Part shown: positions 39,237 to 45,480 of the stretch, piece by piece
Layout of the letters: each line of letters begins with the position of its first letter
Numbering within the stretch: the first letter of the stretch is position 1
From: Candidatus Aldehydirespiratoraceae bacterium
Lineage (GTDB): Bacteria > Actinomycetota > Acidimicrobiia > Acidimicrobiales > Aldehydirespiratoraceae
DNA: 64,000 bases
Assembly: GCA_965249055.1 (NCBI GenBank)
Contig: CBDFKX010000002.1
Coordinates: forward strand, 1,936,830-2,000,829
Direction of reading: 5' to 3'
Program-made: the position numbers and the translations under genes
The notes under the pieces: model-generated
Databases searched by the model: none
What the model was told of the DNA's origin: nothing
Seen by the model: the letters and a program-made list of their open reading frames with translations, nothing else

Positions 39237-39551
39237 ATGGTTTCCGAGCCTGATGAGGTTGCGTATTCGACTGCTGTGCGTGTGCAGTTGCCGAACCTCA
39301 ACAATGCCGCGAAGCATGATGTGTGGCGTGACCGTCAGATACAGGCACAGGGCTACAACTGGGGTGTCGAGCACGCGTTGGGGGTCTTCTTCGCAGATGA
39401 ACGTATCCAGTCGGCGCGGACGCATTCTCAACCGTTGACAAAGTACCGTCAGAAGGCTCCGTACACCACAGCATCCGCCACGACCGCAGCCCGCCTCGGC
39501 GCTCACTTGCTCACTTCGGCTCGGGCGCTGCTAGGTTCTTCGGTTCTATGA
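39237..39551 (+). pseudogene. Possible 5' fragment of a second tnpB-like gene
   Basis: AYSTAVRVQLPNLNNAAKHDVWRDRQIQAQGYNWGVEHAL resembles the TnpB N-terminal pattern (A-Y/F-x-x-R-L-x-P-N...Q...G..R..YN..L). The ORF stops after 104 aa, where the RCC1 gene starts. Confidence 0.35.
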
Positions 39552-42154
39552 CTGGAGCGACCATGACCTATGACGATGCTGCTGTTTCTGTGTGTGTGGG
39601 GGGCCGCGGTCGTGTCCGCCGGTCGTTGTCGATGTCGTTGTTGGTGGCGGCGTTGTTGGTGTGGGGGTTGTCTGCGGGGTCTACCGCTGGGGCGGTAGCA
39701 GGGTACGGCGACGTACCGGCGGGTGGGTACTTCGCTGAGCCCGTTCAATGGTCCGCCGACGAAGACATTACCGGGCTTTACGGTGCCTGTTTCGATCCCG
39801 ACGCCGAGGTGTCTCGCGGCGACTTCGCGGTGTACATCTGGAACATGGAAGGGTCGCCTACCGTCGGCGTGCCCGCCCACAAGTTCACCGATGTCGCCGC
39901 CGACGGCGAGGTGGCCACAGCCGTGTCGTGGATGGTTCACAAACAGATCACCACCGGCACCAGCGAGACGACGTTCTCGCCTGATGACACGTTGACACGG
40001 GCGCAAGCGGTGACGTTCCTGTGGCGTCTCGCCGACCGCCCCGCGGATGCTCCGGAGCATCCGTTCAGCGACGTGACCGCTCCGTGGCAGCAAGGGCCGG
40101 TCTCCTGGGCGGCGCACAACAAGATCACCACCGGCACCAGCGCGACGACGTTCACGCCTGACCGGGCGTTGACACGCGCGGAGGTAGTGACGTTCCTATG
40201 GCGCTACAACAACACACCAGCAGTAACCGTCGATCCAGCGTCGCCAGTATGCGCGCCGACGTTCCAGTCGGTCTCCGCCGGTAGTTGGCATTCGTGCGGG
40301 TTGCAGACCGACGGCACAGTCACCTGCTGGGGCAGAAACGACCACGGGCAGTCTGATGCGCCTGAGGGGACGTTCCAGTCGGTCTCCGCCGGTAGTTGGC
40401 ATTCGTGGGTCACGGGCGGTGGTTGGCATTCGTGCGGGTTGCGTACCGACAACACGGTCACCTGCTGGGGCCGGAACAGATACGGGGAGTCTGATGCGCC
40501 TGAGGGGTCGTTCCAGTCGGTCTCCGCCGGCGGTTTGCATTCGTGCGGGTTGCGTACCGACAACACGGTCACCTGCTGGGGCAGCAACGGCTACGGGCAG
40601 TTAGACGGGCTTGGGGCGATAATCCGGCCTGATCTGCTTGAAGCGCTTAGGGGATCGTTCCAGTCGGTCTCCGCCGGTGGTTGGCATTCGTGCGGGTTGC
40701 GTACCGACAACACCGTCGTCTGCTGGGGTGGCAACGACGTCGGGCAGTCTGATGCGCCTGAGGGGACGTTCCAGTCGGTCTCCTTCGGTAATTCGCATTC
40801 GTGCGGGTTGCGTACCGACGGCACCGTCGTCTGCTGGGGCGACAACGGCTCCGGGCAGTCTGATGCGCCTGAGGGGTCGTTCCAGTCGGTCTCCTTCGGT
40901 AGTTGGCATTCGTGCGGGTTGCGTACCGACGGCACCGTCGTCTGCTGGGGCGACAACGGCTCCGGGCAGTCTGATGCGCCTGAGGGGTCGTTCCAGTCGG
41001 TCTCGGTCGGCTATGGGTATTCGTGCGGTGTGCCTACCGACGGCACAGTCGTCTGCTGGGGCTACAACGACGACGGGCGGGCTGATGGGACGTTCCAGTC
41101 GGTCTCGGTCGGCCGTGGGCATTCGTGCGGTGTGCGTACCGACGGCACAGTCGTCTGCTGGGGCGACAACCGCTACGAGCAGAGGGTCACGCCTGGTCAC
41201 TCGTTCCAGTCGGTCTCCGCCGGTAATTTGCATTCGTGCGTGTTGCAGACCGACGGCACAGTCACCTGCTGGGGCAGAAACTTCGACGGGGAGTCCGTTG
41301 CGCCTGGGGGATCGTTCCAGTCGGTCTACGCCGGTGATGACTATTCGTGCGGTGTGCGGACCGACAACACGGTCACCTGCTGGGGCGTCTGGGCCGGTGC
41401 GCCTGAGGGGACGTTCCAGTCGGTCTCCTTCGGTTGGGGGCATTCGTGCGGTGTGCGTACCGACGGCACGGTCACCTGCTGGGGTTTGCTGTCTTATGCG
41501 CCTGAGGGATCGTTCCAGTCGGTCTCCGCCGGTAGGACGTTCCGGTTGGTCTCCTTCGGTAGTTGGTATTGGCATTCGTGCGGTGTGCGTACCGACAACA
41601 CCGTCACCTGCTGGGGCAGCAACAACTTCGGGCAGTCTGATGCGCCTAAGGGGACGTTCCAGTCGGTCTCCGCCGGCAGTTCGCATTCGTGCGGGTTGCG
41701 TACCGACAACACGGTCACCTGCTGGGGCAGAAACGACCACGGGCAGTCTATTGCGCCTGGGGGATCGTTCCAGTCGGTCTCGGTCGGTTGGGGGTATTCG
41801 TGCGGTGTGCGGACCGACAACACCGTCACCTGCTGGGGCAGAAACGACCACGGGCAGTCTGATGCGCCTGAGGGGACGTTCCAGTCGGTCTCCTTCGGTA
41901 ATTCGCATTCGTGCGGGTTGCGTACCGACAACACGGTCACCTGCTGGGGCAGCAGGGGCCGGCCTAGCCGCTCCAACAACGAGTACCCCAACCCCTGGCA
42001 GACTGATGCGCCTGAGGGGACGTTCCAGTCGGTCTCGGTCGGTAGTTGGCATTCGTGCGGTGTGCGTACCGACGGCACGGTCACCTGCTGGGGCAGCAAC
42101 CGCGACGGTTTTCGATACGTCGGGCAGTCTGATGCGCCTGGGGTGCTCGGTTAG
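39548..42154 (+). CDS. Secreted SLH-domain protein with 16 RCC1-like (beta-propeller blade) repeats
   Basis: Signal peptide (RRSLSMSLLVAALLVWGLSAGSTAGA) followed by three SLH-like segments (FTDV...TTGTSETTFSPDDTLTRAQAVTFLWR). Then 16 copies of FQSVSAGxxHSCG(L/V)RTD(G/N)TVTCWGxNxxGQSDAPEG. Confidence 0.85.
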   Translation: MTGATMTYDDAAVSVCVGGRGRVRRSLSMSLLVAALLVWGLSAGSTAGAVAGYGDVPAGGYFAEPVQWSADEDITGLYGACFDPDAEVSRGDFAVYIWNMEGSPTVGVPAHKFTDVAADGEVATAVSWMVHKQITTGTSETTFSPDDTLTRAQAVTFLWRLADRPADAPEHPFSDVTAPWQQGPVSWAAHNKITTGTSATTFTPDRALTRAEVVTFLWRYNNTPAVTVDPASPVCAPTFQSVSAGSWHSCGLQTDGTVTCWGRNDHGQSDAPEGTFQSVSAGSWHSWVTGGGWHSCGLRTDNTVTCWGRNRYGESDAPEGSFQSVSAGGLHSCGLRTDNTVTCWGSNGYGQLDGLGAIIRPDLLEALRGSFQSVSAGGWHSCGLRTDNTVVCWGGNDVGQSDAPEGTFQSVSFGNSHSCGLRTDGTVVCWGDNGSGQSDAPEGSFQSVSFGSWHSCGLRTDGTVVCWGDNGSGQSDAPEGSFQSVSVGYGYSCGVPTDGTVVCWGYNDDGRADGTFQSVSVGRGHSCGVRTDGTVVCWGDNRYEQRVTPGHSFQSVSAGNLHSCVLQTDGTVTCWGRNFDGESVAPGGSFQSVYAGDDYSCGVRTDNTVTCWGVWAGAPEGTFQSVSFGWGHSCGVRTDGTVTCWGLLSYAPEGSFQSVSAGRTFRLVSFGSWYWHSCGVRTDNTVTCWGSNNFGQSDAPKGTFQSVSAGSSHSCGLRTDNTVTCWGRNDHGQSIAPGGSFQSVSVGWGYSCGVRTDNTVTCWGRNDHGQSDAPEGTFQSVSFGNSHSCGLRTDNTVTCWGSRGRPSRSNNEYPNPWQTDAPEGTFQSVSVGSWHSCGVRTDGTVTCWGSNRDGFRYVGQSDAPGVLG

Positions 42155-42281
42155 GGCCGGTGGGGGTCGCCGGCTTAGGTTATTCGTGCGGTGTACGCAC
42201 CGACAACACGATCACCTGCTTCCACAACACGATCACCTGCTTCCACGAAAACGAGCACGGGCAGACTGATGCTCCGTAGAT
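40258..42281 (+). repeat. Tandem coding repeats of about 111 bp (RCC1-like blades), plus a decayed out-of-frame 17th unit after the stop
   Basis: Repeat units are near-identical at the DNA level. The remnant at 42155-42281 still reads YSCGVRTDNTITC..., contains an internal 18-bp duplication and ends HGQTDAP-stop. Confidence 0.85.
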
Positions 42282-42372
42282 CGTCGCCGTGAGCAGGGAT
42301 TACCCACCTCGATAGACGGTCGAGGTGCGCCGGTCGCCGTGAGTGGCCACAACCTCGCCGTGTAGTCGAGGG

Positions 42373-43092
42373 TTATACCTCGATGATGTCACCGCGGGCT
42401 GCTGCTGCCTCGGCGTCGAGGCGGGCTGTGGCGACCGCGCGGCGTGCCTGCGTGATCGACCAGACGCCGCGCCCTGTGGCTGTCGGCTGACCGTCGGCGG
42501 TAAGCCGGTCAGCGATCTGCTGCCAGGTCAGACCGGCTGCGCGGTGTCGCTCGATGATCGGAGCGGCTTGCCGTGTTGCCGGCGAGACGGGACCGCCGAG
42601 GCGCTGCCCGCGGCGTTTCGCCGCCGCGAGCGCGTCGATGGTGCGCTCGCGGGCTATGTCGCGCTCCCAGCGGGCGAGCCCGGCGAGCACGGTCAGCATG
42701 AGCCGACCGTTGATCGTCGCGGTGTCGAAGCCGAGATCGAGCACAGCCAGCGACCAGCCGCGGCGCTCGGCGCGCTCGGCGAGGACCAGCACGTCGGCGG
42801 CGCTGCGCCCGAGGCGTGAGATGGCCGACACGACCAGCACCGAGGCGTCGCCTGCGTCGAGCGCTGCCAACGCTCCGGAGAGGCCGGGCCGGTCGTCGGG
42901 CGCTACCGATCCGGACACGCCGTCGTCGACGACGACCGAGTGCGGCTGGTAGCCCTGGGCGACCGCGTAGGCGGTGGTGCGGTCGGTCTGTGCTTCGATG
43001 CCGAGCCCCGACGCTGCCTGATCGGCGGTGGATACGCGGATGTAGCAGATCGACGGGCGGGCGCTGGTTGTGTCTGTGGTGGTGGTGGTCAC
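42373..43092 (-). CDS. Small serine recombinase (resolvase/invertase type: N-terminal catalytic domain, C-terminal HTH)
   Basis: Motifs found: ICYIRVSTADQ (catalytic Ser), VVSAISRLGRS and GLARWERDIARERT, with a C-terminal HTH (LTWQQIADRL). The start is uncertain (GTG 43092 or ATG 43134). Confidence 0.85.
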   Translation of the reverse strand: MTTTTTDTTSARPSICYIRVSTADQAASGLGIEAQTDRTTAYAVAQGYQPHSVVVDDGVSGSVAPDDRPGLSGALAALDAGDASVLVVSAISRLGRSAADVLVLAERAERRGWSLAVLDLGFDTATINGRLMLTVLAGLARWERDIARERTIDALAAAKRRGQRLGGPVSPATRQAAPIIERHRAAGLTWQQIADRLTADGQPTATGRGVWSITQARRAVATARLDAEAAAARGDIIEV

Positions 43093-43122
43093 ACTCTGTA
43101 GTATACGTGTACGGACAAACGC

Positions 43123-44640
43123 GTGTACGCGCATCGCAAGGCAACCGAACGGACCGACGAACGTGTCGAACAGTTGACCGCCGCGACTGCCGGAACCACC
43201 CATGAAGGAGCCGTAGCAGCGGCGCTAGCAGCGCTTGTTTCGTGTCGTGCAGCACAGCAGCGTCGGCTGGCGTTAGCTGACACCAACGAAGGCGCGCTGT
43301 GGGGGCTGCGACCAACCCTGCCCGACCCGGCTCTGACCGGTTTGAGCGTCGATGAACGCTCTACCGCTATCTCTACCGCAGCGGACGCCGAAGTAACCGC
43401 AGCCGAGGAGTTGAAGACTACGCTGGGCATGATCCGTCCCGGCAAAGACAAGAAATTGAAAACAGCGGTGAACAAAACCGTCTCGGCGGTCGCCGCGGAG
43501 GCCAAAGCCGTCAAACGTCTCTGCGGCCACGTCGCCAAAGGCGAGAAACGGCTGTTTCGTTCTCGCAAAGAGACCGAACGCTGCTCCGGTCCGGCGTTGG
43601 TCTTGTTCGAGGGCTGTCGTGTCCGCGATGCTGTGTTGCGGCTCCCCGGCGGTACAGAAATCCCGTTGCCGACCGGGATCGAAACAGCCGACGACATCCT
43701 CGCCCAACATGACACACCTTTGGAGTGGAAAGGCGCAGCCCACGTCGTCGACGTGACAGACCTCGCAGGCAAAGTCACACGCCGGACCGAACCTGAGCAT
43801 CGCAAATACCATGTGCATTTTCTGTGCCGCGCCACCGCACCCGCACCGAAGCCGCCACGGACCGCGGATGAGTCGTTGGGCACCGACTGGGGTGTGACAA
43901 CCGCCCTCGTATGCAGCGACGGCTCCGCGTACGGTCTTTATCCCAACGAGAAGCAGCAACGCGCGAACCAGCAACGAGGCGACCAAGCAAAACAGCTACA
44001 GAAGTCGATGTCGAACAAGACGGCTGGTAGCCGCAGACACAACCAGCAGCGCCGTCGCCGTGCCCGGTTGATCGCCAAGAACACGAACGTGCGTGTCAAC
44101 CATCAACTCCACATCGCCAAAGATGTCGTCACCAAACCAGATCTCCGCAAGGTCGTCACCGAGGACACCAAAGCCGCGAACATGACCGCATCCGCGGTCG
44201 GAACCCGAGCGTTCCCGACACGAGGTTCCGCCGCGAAGACCGGACTGAACCGCAGCATCTTAGAGACTGCGCCGGCACGACAAACCGAGTTCATCGAACG
44301 CGCCGCTGTCCGGTACAGCGTCGCTACACAGCGGGAACATCCCGCTTACACATCGTTGACCTGTTTCGTTTGTGGAACGCTTGGAGATCGCGAGATTCAA
44401 GCGAAATTCAAATGTTCAGAGTGTTGTTCGTACACCCACGCGGATGTACAAGCATCGCTCAACACCAACGAAAAAGGCAACCCGAACCTGTATCCGGCAG
44501 GATCGGATATCGGCGGCAGGGACAGCCGTCGTAAGACGTTAGAACACGCCCTCGGGGTTTTCTTAGACTCCCAAGGTGTGGACGGAGGCGTCACAAACCA
44601 ATATGCGTCAGCAGCGACCGTCGGTCACTCACGTATATAA
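43123..44640 (+). CDS. tnpB: TnpB-like RuvC nuclease (IS605/IS607 OrfB family); appears to lack the canonical first 45 aa or so
   Basis: Motifs found: SLGTDWGV (RuvC-I Asp), KVVTEDTKAANM (RuvC-II Glu), the zinc finger CFVCG...CSECC and THADVQASLN (RuvC-III Asp). The motif KRLFRSRKE matches the conserved P-x-F-K-S-K-K region. The frame opens only 8 codons upstream of the GTG at 43123. Confidence 0.8.
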   Translation: MYAHRKATERTDERVEQLTAATAGTTHEGAVAAALAALVSCRAAQQRRLALADTNEGALWGLRPTLPDPALTGLSVDERSTAISTAADAEVTAAEELKTTLGMIRPGKDKKLKTAVNKTVSAVAAEAKAVKRLCGHVAKGEKRLFRSRKETERCSGPALVLFEGCRVRDAVLRLPGGTEIPLPTGIETADDILAQHDTPLEWKGAAHVVDVTDLAGKVTRRTEPEHRKYHVHFLCRATAPAPKPPRTADESLGTDWGVTTALVCSDGSAYGLYPNEKQQRANQQRGDQAKQLQKSMSNKTAGSRRHNQQRRRRARLIAKNTNVRVNHQLHIAKDVVTKPDLRKVVTEDTKAANMTASAVGTRAFPTRGSAAKTGLNRSILETAPARQTEFIERAAVRYSVATQREHPAYTSLTCFVCGTLGDREIQAKFKCSECCSYTHADVQASLNTNEKGNPNLYPAGSDIGGRDSRRKTLEHALGVFLDSQGVDGGVTNQYASAATVGHSRI

Positions 44641-44646
44641 GTCCCC
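44624..44646 (-). repeat. Right terminal inverted repeat of the 6.86-kb element
   Basis: See the left TIR. This repeat contains the tnpB-like stop codon (44638-44640) and the exonuclease stop codon (44625-44627). Confidence 0.85.
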
Positions 44647-45350
44647 AACTGATCAACCCCAGCCCGTGGTTGAGCGCGCCTTTGGATCAGGGCGCGAGCA
44701 AGGTGGGCATCGCTCACGACGTAGGTCCGGCGCTCGTCGTCGGACAGTTGATGGATGCGTTGTCGGTCGACCTCGACAACCTCCAGACCGACCAGACGAG
44801 CGAGGGGTTTGAGAGCACAGGAGATACCCAAGCTCGCACCGACGTCGGCTCTGAACACCTGGTAGGCATCGAGATGGCCGTGGCAGTGCCAGCGAGCCCG
44901 ATACCCGCCGACCAGGTGCTGCGGAGACTGGTGACCGCCTGGAATCAAAGGGTCGTGAACCAGACACAGCCCCAGAGGCACTCCGCAGACCGCCGCGCGT
45001 TCGCTGAGGAAGGGAAGGTCGAAACACCCCCCGTTCCAGGTCACCAGGATTCCAGGTTCCAGATCGGCCAGATGTTGGTCGAGTTCTACCAGCAAGTCCG
45101 ATTCTGCGCCGTCGAACACTGCGGAGAAGTCCTCGCCGACCAGCGCCGCAGCCAGCACCGGCGCGACCTGCGGATCGAGACCGTCGGTAGTGGTGTCGGT
45201 CTCGATGTCGAGGCCGTAGAGCGGTAGTCGTCGGTGCGCCGAAAGGAATTGAGCCGTAGGGGACCGGGCCGGAAGAGACTGACTGGACACGATGGTGGTG
45301 ATAGTAGGCGCACCCTGTGACGCGCGGCCCGTAGGTCGAGCCGTCTGCAC
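44625..45350 (-). CDS. DEDDy-type 3'-5' exonuclease (RNase H-like/PolB-exo-like fold)
   Basis: Motifs found: LYGLDIETD (ExoI), LVTWNGGCFDLPFL (ExoII) and YVVSDAHLARAL (ExoIII, YxxxD). The last six codons (GTYIRE-stop) are supplied by the TIR of the inserted element. Confidence 0.7.
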   Translation of the reverse strand: MQTARPTGRASQGAPTITTIVSSQSLPARSPTAQFLSAHRRLPLYGLDIETDTTTDGLDPQVAPVLAAALVGEDFSAVFDGAESDLLVELDQHLADLEPGILVTWNGGCFDLPFLSERAAVCGVPLGLCLVHDPLIPGGHQSPQHLVGGYRARWHCHGHLDAYQVFRADVGASLGISCALKPLARLVGLEVVEVDRQRIHQLSDDERRTYVVSDAHLARALIQRRAQPRAGVDQLGTYIRE

Positions 45351-45371
45351 CGGCGGATCTGAGCCGCCTGA

Positions 45372-45480
45372 GTCAGCTGAGAGTCAGCGTCACCAGGAAC
45401 TGCAGGACCTACACGTTCTCCGCGAGTCTGGACGAGCACGGCTGGGGTCAGTTGAGAGTCAGCGTCACCAGGAACTGCAG
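45372..45480. repeat. 34-bp direct repeat (one mismatch) duplicating the 3' end of the glutaminyl cyclase gene
   Basis: TCAGCTGAGAGTCAGCGTCACCAGGAACTGCAGG lies at 45372-45405 and TCAGTTGAGAGTCAGCGTCACCAGGAACTGCAGG at 45447-45480. The flanks are unrelated. Confidence 0.85.

Larger units (their letters stand above)
37787..44646. mobile_element. Unclassified 6.86-kb TIR-bounded element with a nested ISL3, tnpB-like genes, a serine recombinase and an SLH/RCC1 cargo gene
   Basis: TIR-L is GGGGCTTATATACGTGAGTGAC (37787-37808). The reverse complement of TIR-R is GGGGACTTATATACGTGAGTGAC (44624-44646). The perfect direct repeat AACTGAT lies immediately outside both ends (37780-37786 and 44647-44653). 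Confidence 0.75.

Noticed and set aside
40196-42269. Very long ORFs on other frames and strands across the RCC1 repeat array (for example 40601..42052 minus, 483 aa, and 40638..42269 plus, 543 aa)
   Set aside because: They are periodic, Arg/Pro/Gly-rich shadows of the 111-bp coding repeat. Only the 39548..42154 frame gives a signal peptide, SLH modules and RCC1-like blades.
40258-42281. Tandem repeats as a possible CRISPR array
   Set aside because: The period is about 111 bp with no unique spacers, and the units form one continuous reading frame encoding propeller blades.
42291-42301. The 11-nt GAGCAGGGATT shared with 37845-37855 (the ISL3 target site inside the element), considered as a possible internal recombination or binding site
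   Set aside because: There are only 11 nt with no extended similarity in the flanks. It is noted but too weak to call without more copies.
39237-44640. Interpreting 39237-39551 and 43123-44640 as two halves of a single tnpB split by an insertion
   Set aside because: The two pieces seem to cover an overlapping helical region rather than abutting. No insertion boundaries (repeats) are visible at 39552 or 43122. They are more likely two diverged copies.
37787-44646. Assigning the TIR element to the Tn3 family (the TIRs start with GGGG and a resolvase is present)
   Set aside because: The flanking duplication is 7 bp rather than 5 bp, the TIRs are 22-23 bp rather than about 38 bp, and no Tn3-type TnpA is present. 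I left it unclassified.
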